Of a DNA stretch of 64,000 nt, positions 55,799 through 64,000 are shown piece after piece (positions within the stretch are counted from its first letter, which is position 1; each line of letters begins with the position of its first letter). The notes under the pieces are model-generated. The model had not been told where the DNA came from. It ran no database searches and worked only from the letters and a program-made list of their open reading frames with translations. This stretch comes from a virus (lineage: Duplodnaviria > Caudoviricetes). A program made the position numbers and the translations under genes. The stretch is taken from the IMG/VR virus record IMGVR_UViG_3300033121_000943, positions 7,140 through 71,139 of that record, one strand, 5' to 3'.

Positions 55799-56774
55799 CA
55801 TCCCTAACGATCTGTATGCTTCCGTTGAAGAGTTGACAATTGTCGGTACCGTCTTTGGTTTTTGACAGTGCCAACGCCGCGACAATGTCTCTGACTTCGG
55901 GCGACGGATCTCTCGAAAGTAACGTTAATATCCATCCTTCGATTTGACTTGCTGTGTTGCCGCTGTAAGTCTCTCTCAAAGCGAGCTTACGTCTATGGAT
56001 AAGGTCTTTACCGAAAGGCTTCAAGTCGATCGGCTGGTAGTTCTCGGCCGCTGTTCGAAGGAAGTACGTCAGATCGTAATACGACGTACTGCCGGACGTT
56101 ATCTGATCCCACGCTTTATAGAATATGTCCTGGGCTACGCTACGACTGACGTATTCACTGGCCCATAAGTACCCGCTAATCGAAATGTCACTAGAAGAAG
56201 AAGTGCATATGTCGACAAGATTTATGGCACCTCCGTCTAAATCGTATTCGTTAGGGTACAACCGTTTGACACCTAAAAAGGCGTGATCTTTTTCTGACGG
56301 ATGTAGCCACCACGACATGCGGTAGCGGTTCATTCCTGTCAAATTTTTAACTGCGTAAGTCAAAGCTATAGGGTCGAGCTCTGTTGCACCGCCATACCAA
56401 TGCATTGGGTTGAATATGTCTTCCACATACTCGCGTAGCTCCGGGAAAACGTAGAATGCGGAACCGAACGTATGATAGATCGGTTCTCGCATGTACATTT
56501 TCTTACGATTTTTCGTAACAGTCGGCAGAGCGTCGAAATAGGAGTACACCCATTTCTTTCTGTCTTTCGGCTGAACGATAGCGAATAAGACAAACGGTTT
56601 GGCCCAGTAATTTTTCTTGAGCACATCGAGTAAGTATTCGATGTCACAAGTTTCGAATGGTTTCTTACGTAGAATCAACGATTTGAATCGAATTAAGAAA
56701 TCCGTAAAACCGATCGCAGTAAACTGCGGACATTTAGTCGGCATCGAACTCCTCAAAATCGTCTGGATTAACAA
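55788..56774 (-). CDS. hypothetical protein
   Basis: 328-aa ORF, tail-to-tail with terminase. Confidence 0.7.
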   Translation of the reverse strand: MLIQTILRSSMPTKCPQFTAIGFTDFLIRFKSLILRKKPFETCDIEYLLDVLKKNYWAKPFVLFAIVQPKDRKKWVYSYFDALPTVTKNRKKMYMREPIYHTFGSAFYVFPELREYVEDIFNPMHWYGGATELDPIALTYAVKNLTGMNRYRMSWWLHPSEKDHAFLGVKRLYPNEYDLDGGAINLVDICTSSSSDISISGYLWASEYVSRSVAQDIFYKAWDQITSGSTSYYDLTYFLRTAAENYQPIDLKPFGKDLIHRRKLALRETYSGNTASQIEGWILTLLSRDPSPEVRDIVAALALSKTKDGTDNCQLFNGSIQIVRDVSR

Positions 56775-58140
56775 CGATGACTTTGCCGAACTCAGGACGT
56801 GTACCGTCTTTGGTCAGCAAAACACAGATGTGGTCGAACGGATATTTCTCGTCATTGTTCCAGCAGCAATAGCCGTCGGTGATAGTAATCACCAACGATG
56901 GACGCGGGTTGTGCTTAGCGAAGAACGCCAAGCCCCGATTCATATCCGTACCGCCACCGCCGACCAACTTGATTTGGTTGACGTTGGTAGCCTTCGTGGC
57001 CGTATGAACGTCTGCGTCACAAGATACGTGATAGACTTCTTGGATGTGTTTCAACGCACTCGACACAACACCCATAGCTCGATCGTGGATACCGTGCATA
57101 GATCCGGACGTATCGGAATTGATACCAACGACCGGTTCGTACTTAATCATCCCTGGGACGATCATCTTGCCGAACACTTGTTGTTGTGGGTGGCGTACGT
57201 CGTACGACTCATCCATGCGGCCACGGGACGTAATGCCGCGGACGCAAGACTGAAACTCTCGCCACCACGGAATCCGTGGCTCTTTGAGTTCGCCTTCTGC
57301 CCAAACGATCATCTCGTTAGGAACGCTACCGGGACGCTTCGAGTTGTGCTCGAACATTTTTCTAGCACATTCTTCGCGAATCATGTTACCGCGAATATCT
57401 TCAACCCTGTCGCCTTTCTGCGGAACGTCGTACTCTTCTCCGCCATTCTTAGCTGGGTTGTTTTCGTAATCCTTCTCGATACCGTCTGACCCGGAGCCTT
57501 GACCGACACCGTAACCGCTGGACAGCAACACATCGATGTCAAGCTGTGGTACGTTGTCCATCAACCAATCGTAATACTGTTCGAACGACCATCCTTCAGG
57601 CAAACCGTACATGGACGGCATGACCACATAGTTTGGCAGCGTGAACTTGTTGTCGCGTACGATCGGATTAACGCACATGTCCATAGCTACGTTCGCTATG
57701 GTATGCGTTCGCGTATTTACACCGTGGTTCTTTGCTCGTATGGCATGGCGAAGAACCAAGTGATAAGTTTCGTGCAAGAACACGGCGTTGATGTGTTCTT
57801 GCGGCGTCCGAATAAGAGCATCGGGTCGAACGTAACATCGCCAGTATTTGTCGACCGCCATCGTTGCGTTCAATTCACGTGAGATCATGAACGTTACTGC
57901 GTTGAACGCACTGGCAAAGTAAGGCATAGCCGTGATTACTTTGTACCGGGCCACTTGCAGTCGTGTCTTGGCCTCAGTGATTTCTGCACTGCTCAAGTCG
58001 GCACAAGGTTCACCAGAGTACACGTGGTCAAGAACCCATTGCTCGTCTTGCGTAACTTTGTTCTTACGCAAAGTCGAAGAATTGCCTTGAGATTTCGATA
58101 CGTTTTTCGCGCCTTTAGCGACAGGTTTTCTAATAGCCAT
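56734..58140 (-). CDS. DUF2201-type metallopeptidase-like plus vWA protein
   Basis: TMAVD, HETYH (HExxH), DTSGSM, GGGGTD, ITDG. Confidence 0.85.
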   Translation of the reverse strand: MAIRKPVAKGAKNVSKSQGNSSTLRKNKVTQDEQWVLDHVYSGEPCADLSSAEITEAKTRLQVARYKVITAMPYFASAFNAVTFMISRELNATMAVDKYWRCYVRPDALIRTPQEHINAVFLHETYHLVLRHAIRAKNHGVNTRTHTIANVAMDMCVNPIVRDNKFTLPNYVVMPSMYGLPEGWSFEQYYDWLMDNVPQLDIDVLLSSGYGVGQGSGSDGIEKDYENNPAKNGGEEYDVPQKGDRVEDIRGNMIREECARKMFEHNSKRPGSVPNEMIVWAEGELKEPRIPWWREFQSCVRGITSRGRMDESYDVRHPQQQVFGKMIVPGMIKYEPVVGINSDTSGSMHGIHDRAMGVVSSALKHIQEVYHVSCDADVHTATKATNVNQIKLVGGGGTDMNRGLAFFAKHNPRPSLVITITDGYCCWNNDEKYPFDHICVLLTKDGTRPEFGKVIVVNPDDFEEFDAD

Positions 58141-58151
58141 ACATCCTCCGA

Positions 58152-58177
58152 GAAAAGCCCCGGGATAACCCAGGGCT
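58152..58177 (-). terminator. weak hairpin with short T-tract between the AAA and vWA genes
   Basis: AGCCCTGGG-TTAT-CCCGGGGCT-TTT on the minus strand. Confidence 0.45.
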
Positions 58178-58212
58178 GTGTGAAAATAGACATTACGGAA
58201 CGACCGACGACC

Positions 58213-59322
58213 TTACTTAGTGTCGCGGATCAAACCGGCTCGTTTCAGAAACTCGTGCTTGGATCCAAGATCTCCTAGAGACAAAGGCCACTTAGGATCA
58301 CGGAGTCCCATGATCGCTGGAGCAACAGCTGCAAGAACATCGTCATGCGTGATGTGCTTCGCAGTGATAACGCGACACGCATTCTGCCATCGCTCCAAGG
58401 TATTGTTGTTGGTCAGAGACGCGATGATGCTACCGTAAACGGCAAACACGATGTCGGTCCGATTTCCAGGCTTCCATCGATTGACCGCAGTCTTATCGTT
58501 CAGAAGCTCTTCGGGATCTGGCAGATCCAGTTCGCGGTTGTAGGCCGAGAACGCTGCTGCCGGACCGATACCGATGATCTGACTCATGGCTTCTACCGCA
58601 GCGTCTGCGGAGTTTCCAGCCTGCATTTCGGCTGCGTGCTGGAACGCGGCCAATTCCCAAGAACGAGGCGATGGCCAAGGCTTGCTTCGCTTGGACTCGT
58701 CTTTCGGGAAGTCGTACAACGCGGTCGGATTCTTTTGAATGTAACCGGCCACCAACGCCAAACTCTGTCGCTCACCCACCGATCGCGAGCTTTGCGACGG
58801 ACGACCCCAGTTAGTGATCGCCCCCTTAGCCCAGGCCTGACCATCTGGGTTGATGTTGACGTGGCGAAGTCGGTTCGCCATAGCACCGTCAAGCTCGTAA
58901 CACGTGGATACGTGCTCAGGCAGGTTGAACGCGCAGATAACGAACACGTCCTCTGGCAAGTAAATGTTCTCGATCGCACGGTTGCAAATCAATCGCAACG
59001 CTGTCGCACGAACGGCCGGTGGCGCGGTCGACAACTCATCGAGAAAGAGGATACCCTTACCTGCTCGACAAAGCCGAGAGAACCACTCAGGGATAATTCG
59101 CTGAGCGATCGGTACGCCGATTTCCGCGTCCTCTTTCGCCCACAGCATACCGCCGATCTCGCCGTTGGTGCACAGAGATGCCGTCAACAACTCGACAGGA
59201 AAATCCTTACGTTCCATCGCACTGATGGCAGAAGTCTTACCGATACCAGGAGGGCCTACCAACGCGGTAGGAACCTTGCTTGACACTGTAATGCCCAAGG
59301 AATCGATCCTCAAAATCGCCAT
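58213..59322 (-). CDS. MoxR-like AAA+ ATPase
   Basis: GPPGIGKTS, LFLDELSTA, ANRL. Confidence 0.88.
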   Translation of the reverse strand: MAILRIDSLGITVSSKVPTALVGPPGIGKTSAISAMERKDFPVELLTASLCTNGEIGGMLWAKEDAEIGVPIAQRIIPEWFSRLCRAGKGILFLDELSTAPPAVRATALRLICNRAIENIYLPEDVFVICAFNLPEHVSTCYELDGAMANRLRHVNINPDGQAWAKGAITNWGRPSQSSRSVGERQSLALVAGYIQKNPTALYDFPKDESKRSKPWPSPRSWELAAFQHAAEMQAGNSADAAVEAMSQIIGIGPAAAFSAYNRELDLPDPEELLNDKTAVNRWKPGNRTDIVFAVYGSIIASLTNNNTLERWQNACRVITAKHITHDDVLAAVAPAIMGLRDPKWPLSLGDLGSKHEFLKRAGLIRDTK

Positions 59323-59385
59323 TTTTGCTCCAGTAGCTAAAAAATGAATCAAACAAACGAAACACACAAAAGGTCAAACACAAGC

Positions 59386-59420
59386 CGCTACCTACAAGTT
59401 TGTTTGACTTGTAGGTAGCG
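59386..59420. repeat. perfect 14-bp inverted repeat CGCTACCTACAAGT-N7-ACTTGTAGGTAGCG
   Basis: Read directly; followed on the minus strand by a long T/G-rich tract. Confidence 0.85.
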
Positions 59421-59438
59421 ACCACATTACCGAGATTC

Positions 59439-59654
59439 TCAGAACTTATCGAACACGCCGACGTTGACGCCAACCACGTCAACAACGTCGTCACTCATAC
59501 AGTCCAGAATAGGATCGAGTCGAAGATCGAACTCGATATGATCATCCCAGGCTGCGAACGGAACGACATTGTCGTCCCATCCACACGACGTCGGCTGAGC
59601 AACGGTATCAGCCAACTTCGAAACTTTACGAACTGACTTACGACTTCCAGACAT
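59439..59654 (-). CDS. small acidic hypothetical protein
   Basis: AGGAG SD before the ATG at 59654. Confidence 0.6.
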   Translation of the reverse strand: MSGSRKSVRKVSKLADTVAQPTSCGWDDNVVPFAAWDDHIEFDLRLDPILDCMSDDVVDVVGVNVGVFDKF

Positions 59655-59711
59655 TTGCCACTCCTTTGGGCAAAACACAAAAGATACGATCGCACCCATC
59701 CAGAGGTGCGA

Positions 59712-60149
59712 TTATTTGGCCTCGGCGTGTGCCGAAGCTTCTACACTAACCTGGGGCCATGCAGGCACATCTCTGTGTGCATTCATGACTTCTTCCCAGC
59801 TTTGATATCCGATGGATGGTGCCCGTCGGAACATCATGAATCGATCAGCCGAAGCAACATCGGTTCGGCATAGATTCGGGTACACAAAAAATTCGACAGC
59901 TTCTAGAGCTGCGAAAACACGGTCGCCCATATTTCTGGCGACGTTCTCGGCTACTTGCATGCAGATGTGATCTGCTTCGATACCGACCGACAAAAGAGTG
60001 TCGTCAGCATCTTCTTCGCTTTCGCTATCAACTAGGAAAGACAGCCGGTTTGCTTTGGCGGCCAAAGCAACAGCCGCAGCAAACATGGCCGCAGCAAACA
60101 TACCAACAACGTTAGCAACGATCGACGAAACAAACTTGAAAATGAACAT
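59712..60149 (-). CDS. hypothetical protein with N-terminal hydrophobic helix
   Basis: ATG at 60149 downstream of motif copy 3. Confidence 0.7.
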   Translation of the reverse strand: MFIFKFVSSIVANVVGMFAAAMFAAAVALAAKANRLSFLVDSESEEDADDTLLSVGIEADHICMQVAENVARNMGDRVFAALEAVEFFVYPNLCRTDVASADRFMMFRRAPSIGYQSWEEVMNAHRDVPAWPQVSVEASAHAEAK

Positions 60150-60198
60150 GGTTTTTCCCTCAACAAAACTAATAGAAACAGCGGCTAAATACCACACG

Positions 60199-60231
60199 TC
60201 TCTATGTAGTGCATTTGAGGGAAAAATTAAG
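60199..60231 (-). promoter_or_regulatory. bipartite motif CTTAAT-N16-CTACATA-G-AGA, copy 3
   Basis: Same spacing as the copies at 12262 and 45833. Confidence 0.7.
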
Positions 60232-61287
60232 CTACGACACGAGCGCAGGTGATCGACGAGAAGGAGCGTAGATAAGGCCTGCCGTCTTGTTGGACACGAG
60301 GTTAGTAAGCCGGCTGGCTTGTTCGTAATTGAGCGATTCTAGATCGGCAGGCGCACCGCTAAGAGAATCCTCTGATACCTTACCAACGAACGCCCAGTCG
60401 GCCTCTGTGAAGTCGACAATCGAACTTGGATCGATAACGGCGCCGTTGGCTAGCTTTACCACAGATACATTTCTGTCCGGTGCTAGATCTACGATTACAT
60501 TACGATTCCGATCGATACACATCGGATCGAGTACTGTCGCCATTTTGTAATGCAAAGACTGGAGCTCGTCTCCGAACATATCTTCGGCAACATCTGCTAT
60601 CGCATTTCGAGTCGATACATCTTCGTCGGCCACAGGAATGCCGCGGATCACCGATGCTACCTTTCGACCGTTGTAACACCCGGCAGTACAGGCCAGCTTT
60701 CCAAGCTTGTCCGTTTGCGACTGGGACAGCATTACATCTCTTTTTTCGGCCACATCCAAAATATCGGAAGCCATTTTCACTACTTGGTCTACGCCCTGGG
60801 AGGCGGTCAAGTTGATGTCGTGTCGGCACAACCATTCGGCCGCAGCTTTGACTTCCGCATCGTTTCTCAGCGGAATGCTGGTATCATAAGATGCCTGCTT
60901 CACCATGAGATCAGCTTCTGTTTCGATGATTTTTTGAATGTCATCGGTGATTTGCCAAAAGGAAGCCGCTTTCATTAGGTGCCGTTCGACTTTATGTTGG
61001 ATATCGGCGGGTACGTTGTTTCGTTGCTCCATGTAGTAAGCGGCACTCATCCATGTGGCGCACTTCGAGTTACATGGAAACATGGGCTTCGGGGCTACGA
61101 TCGCATAATCGTTAGGATCCACGTATCCTGATCCCAATTTCGCTGTAGCGGTCTTCGACGATGTGTCGTCGGCCAATTCGGCCAGTACGCTCTCCACGTA
61201 CGCGGGAGCGGCGTGCTTAATTTTGACGGCGTGAAAAATTTGGCGCCCTGAGTCAGAAACCCAATCAACTAGCGGCAATTTCGACAT
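60232..61287 (-). CDS. K-x-A-rich hypothetical protein, possible head/scaffold-associated protein
   Basis: 351-aa ORF; 12 of 21 Lys in K-x-A by hand count. Confidence 0.75.
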   Translation of the reverse strand: MSKLPLVDWVSDSGRQIFHAVKIKHAAPAYVESVLAELADDTSSKTATAKLGSGYVDPNDYAIVAPKPMFPCNSKCATWMSAAYYMEQRNNVPADIQHKVERHLMKAASFWQITDDIQKIIETEADLMVKQASYDTSIPLRNDAEVKAAAEWLCRHDINLTASQGVDQVVKMASDILDVAEKRDVMLSQSQTDKLGKLACTAGCYNGRKVASVIRGIPVADEDVSTRNAIADVAEDMFGDELQSLHYKMATVLDPMCIDRNRNVIVDLAPDRNVSVVKLANGAVIDPSSIVDFTEADWAFVGKVSEDSLSGAPADLESLNYEQASRLTNLVSNKTAGLIYAPSRRSPALVS

Positions 61288-63925
61288 GGATCATCTCGAC
61301 TGGATCAAACTAATAAAACTGATGGGCGTTACGCCCGTGTCCAATACATTACCAACCGTAGCCAATTGCCCACTCTGTAATCGAGGTCGTATGACCTTAA
61401 CCGTAGACAGGTGTTACGGCGGCACTTGGTTTCATTGTTCGAGTTGCAATCAAGCCGGAGACATGATTTCCCTGGCCGTTGCTAGGTTTAAGTTATCAGA
61501 ATTACAGGTGATTGCACAACTTGAACACGGCGGAATCATAAAACCGTTACAAAATCCGCAGCTATTTTTGGATCGTCGACGCCGTCGATTAATGATGCCT
61601 TACGAAAATAGCCGCAATCTGATGGACGTTTCCACCCGCGGCGGCAAGATCGTAATTAATAACCAAGCGGCTGTAACTGCCGAAAAAATCGGCCTTAAAG
61701 TCGAATCAGCCATGTCATGGGCGCCGGATACGACCGGCAAATTAATAGGCTGGGCAGACGCCGATCGGATCGAAGAAGGCTTCCAAATCAAATACCCGTT
61801 CGGTCAGGGATCGGTTCGTAAGTACCATAACCGTCGTATCTGCCCTGTCTCGATAGAGTACGCCTTTGTCCTGCCCTTCTACGATCTTCCCGGCCGAGTA
61901 GCCAACATTTCCCTGCTGCTGCCCAACTCCAGGAACGTATGGCAATTCGTCGAAGCGTCCGTTAAATACGCCAACGCCAACGGCCCTTACGTATCCGGTG
62001 GTGTATTCACCCATCCGTCCGTTTTCGATTCGCCAGCCGGGTCCTCGATCGTTCTTACAGATAATCTCGAGCTGGCCGTCAGGATGCACGTCAAGCAGTT
62101 CAACCGCGGTTTCGCTCCGCTCCAGCTGGCCTGTTACAACGACAGCCACATCTCCACGACAGACTGGCAGATCCTGTCTGGGAAAGAACTCGTTTTCTGG
62201 ACATCGTCTATGGATCCGAAAGTCTTTGCCAAGGCGGTTTCTGCCGATGGAAAGATCGCCAGCAATCGTAGCGATGTAGGCGAGGCTTCGGATTACGTCG
62301 ACAACGTGGCCCCAACCGGTGTTATCAAGTCCTTGGTGGAACGAGCTAAGCCGTGGCAGGCATGCGTCGAAATCATCGCCGAGAAGTGGCCCAATGACCG
62401 TATCCTGGCCTTCGTGTCCAAAGCGAACCTTTCGCCTGAGATGTTGCACAAGGTCCTTAACGCTTTCCCGTCTGGCGTACGGAGCCGTCTAAAACGTGCC
62501 CTGGACACCGACAGCCCTTTCCGATCGCTGCAGACCAGTAAAGGACGGGTGGAGCAGCGAACGTCTGGGTGGTTCCACGTTGACGATAAAGGCGAGGAAA
62601 TGATCATTGGGGCGCCGTTTCGATTGACCCACGCCGTGACTCAAGAGACCGGTAACGATCTAGCGATCACTTACCGAGGCGAAACACGATTTCGCAACCG
62701 AGTCATCCCGTTCACGATCGATAAAGAAACATTTCACAGCAAGCCTCTTAAGACTATCCACGACGTAATCGTGAAGTCTGGCGCAGGCGTTCCAGCCTAC
62801 AACCCTAAGTACGAATCAATTATGGGCTCGATCGTCTTACAGTTCTCGTCGCCGGACGTCGTATCCGGAGTATCTAGATTCGGCTACGACCAACGCAACA
62901 GCACGTTCGTTACGCCCAAAGGTGCCTTCGTAAGCGGCACCAGAGAAATCCGGGGAGTTGACTGCAGCGAGTCCAGTGTGCCACTAGAAAACGTGTGCGT
63001 CCCGTATTCCAGGTTCTTAGTGCGTAACGCTAAGAAGACTTGGTCACCGTTACACATTGCTGCAGCTCGTCAATTAGCGTTGCAGATGCTGAGTCCCGTA
63101 AACGGTAACTCGCTCAACCTCTTTCATTCTGGTACGTCGGCAGGCTTAGTAATTGACGAGATAGTTGGTTGGCTAGGGCTCGACACCGTCGGCGGAAACA
63201 TTATTACGAATGTCGACAATCTAACTACTAGGCACGCTCTGCCAGTTAATGTCAGGCTCGGAACGAAGGTCACCAAGCAAGTCCTGGCCGAGGTGTTCAA
63301 TCACCGTACGACAACGTGTATTACTAAGACCAATCACGCAACGTTACTGTACGGTACGCTGAGCCGTGCGGGTTTGTCGGTAGTTTCAGCGGTTAATGAT
63401 CGCTACAGCCCGGCCAGTAGCGACTGTCTGTGGAATGTTCTGCGAGAGTCTATCCACGGTGTAATGCTGTCGTGTCACAGCGGCAATCGACCGACCATGC
63501 CCGTCATCGCGTCCGTGATCGATACAGCGTTTAAGAAAGAGTTCGGCGCCACTGAGTTTATTAATGCCGTTAATTCACATGTAATTAATGATGAATCCAA
63601 GAACGACGCCGAACGATTGGCACTAGTAGCTACGTGGCTTGTTGGTGTTGGTCGCATGGCTATCACGCGACATAGAGGAAAGCTTGTTAAGAGACGAGCC
63701 GTCTATAGAGATTTACGGGCCGATAAAGCTTACATACCGTGTACCGACTTCACGCAAGCCATACGAGAGGCAGGGGCACCACATCCCACTGTATCGATCG
63801 AACTTCCTAAAACGGAAATAGACGGCGTACCTTGTTGGACTGTGCCGCTGGAATTCGTTAACTCGACTATCGACGGCATACGAGCCAATGCTGGTGCTTT
63901 AAGAGTGTTCGTCTCAGGGGGCTAA
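61286..63925 (+). CDS. large primase-like multidomain protein (Zn finger plus degenerate downstream domains)
   Basis: CPLC...WFHCSSCNQAGDMISL resembles a primase zinc finger; later regions weakly TOPRIM/DUF927-like without clear catalytic motifs. Confidence 0.55.
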   Translation: MDHLDWIKLIKLMGVTPVSNTLPTVANCPLCNRGRMTLTVDRCYGGTWFHCSSCNQAGDMISLAVARFKLSELQVIAQLEHGGIIKPLQNPQLFLDRRRRRLMMPYENSRNLMDVSTRGGKIVINNQAAVTAEKIGLKVESAMSWAPDTTGKLIGWADADRIEEGFQIKYPFGQGSVRKYHNRRICPVSIEYAFVLPFYDLPGRVANISLLLPNSRNVWQFVEASVKYANANGPYVSGGVFTHPSVFDSPAGSSIVLTDNLELAVRMHVKQFNRGFAPLQLACYNDSHISTTDWQILSGKELVFWTSSMDPKVFAKAVSADGKIASNRSDVGEASDYVDNVAPTGVIKSLVERAKPWQACVEIIAEKWPNDRILAFVSKANLSPEMLHKVLNAFPSGVRSRLKRALDTDSPFRSLQTSKGRVEQRTSGWFHVDDKGEEMIIGAPFRLTHAVTQETGNDLAITYRGETRFRNRVIPFTIDKETFHSKPLKTIHDVIVKSGAGVPAYNPKYESIMGSIVLQFSSPDVVSGVSRFGYDQRNSTFVTPKGAFVSGTREIRGVDCSESSVPLENVCVPYSRFLVRNAKKTWSPLHIAAARQLALQMLSPVNGNSLNLFHSGTSAGLVIDEIVGWLGLDTVGGNIITNVDNLTTRHALPVNVRLGTKVTKQVLAEVFNHRTTTCITKTNHATLLYGTLSRAGLSVVSAVNDRYSPASSDCLWNVLRESIHGVMLSCHSGNRPTMPVIASVIDTAFKKEFGATEFINAVNSHVINDESKNDAERLALVATWLVGVGRMAITRHRGKLVKRRAVYRDLRADKAYIPCTDFTQAIREAGAPHPTVSIELPKTEIDGVPCWTVPLEFVNSTIDGIRANAGALRVFVSGG

Positions 63926-63960
63926 AAAAAAAAAGCCGAACACTAGGTTCGGCTTCTTCT
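63924..63960. terminator. probable bidirectional terminator
   Basis: A11, then AAGCCGAAC-N5-GTTCGGCTT, then CTTCT. Confidence 0.8.
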
Positions 63961-64000
63961 CTTATCGCTCAGAGCTGTACAAGATCTTTGAGCATCTTGC

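Noticed and set aside
56617-59283. Long plus-strand ORFs 56617..57489 and 58345..59283, and other antisense ORFs in the track
   Set aside because: They are shadows of well-supported minus-strand genes and have no motifs
53938-61288. Invertible segment bounded by the two CATG sites
   Set aside because: Only 4 bp are shared, no recombinase is nearby, and inversion would not make the genes co-oriented
1-64000. Stop-codon recoding (alternative genetic code)
   Set aside because: Conserved enzymes are full length in code 11, and genes end in TAA, TAG and TGA
1-64000. tRNA genes, capsid/tail genes, catalytic RNAP subunits, sigma factor
   Set aside because: No T-loop GTTCGA arms in cloverleaf context, no NADFDGD and no recognisable motifs by eye; divergent ones could be missed

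Overview
This window is a 64-kb segment of a large (probably jumbo-type) tailed dsDNA phage genome in the standard genetic code. Almost every gene is on the minus strand. The replication/recombination block contains PolA with an N-terminal UDG-like domain, DnaG-type primase, DnaB-type helicase, SF2 helicase, an SSB-like protein, RecA/UvsX, an SbcC/SbcD-like pair, RuvC and RNase H. A probable portal (7.4-9.3 kb) and a terminase large subunit (53.9-55.8 kb) are dispersed among many hypothetical genes. No capsid, tail, tRNA or CRISPR-Cas features were recognised. One small secreted Cys-rich protein hints at a Planctomycetota host (inference only). The main signals are: (1) a TnpA-less TnpB element whose removal rebuilds the start of the 2H-phosphoesterase gene it interrupts; (2) a nicotinamidase-vWA-PP2C-kinase (TerY-P-like) cluster whose kinase lacks the beta3 lysine; (3) a 33-bp bipartite motif CTTAAT-N16-CTACATA-K-AGA found three times upstream of genes; (4) a highly structured ~390-nt intergenic RNA candidate; (5) a Microviridae-like HUH Rep; (6) a 1.5-kb non-coding region with 44-bp-phased repeats; (7) a protein in which 12 of 21 lysines sit in K-x-A; (8) both plus-strand genes starting in a CATG shared with a divergent gene. 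All family calls come from motifs read by eye; no database searches were run.
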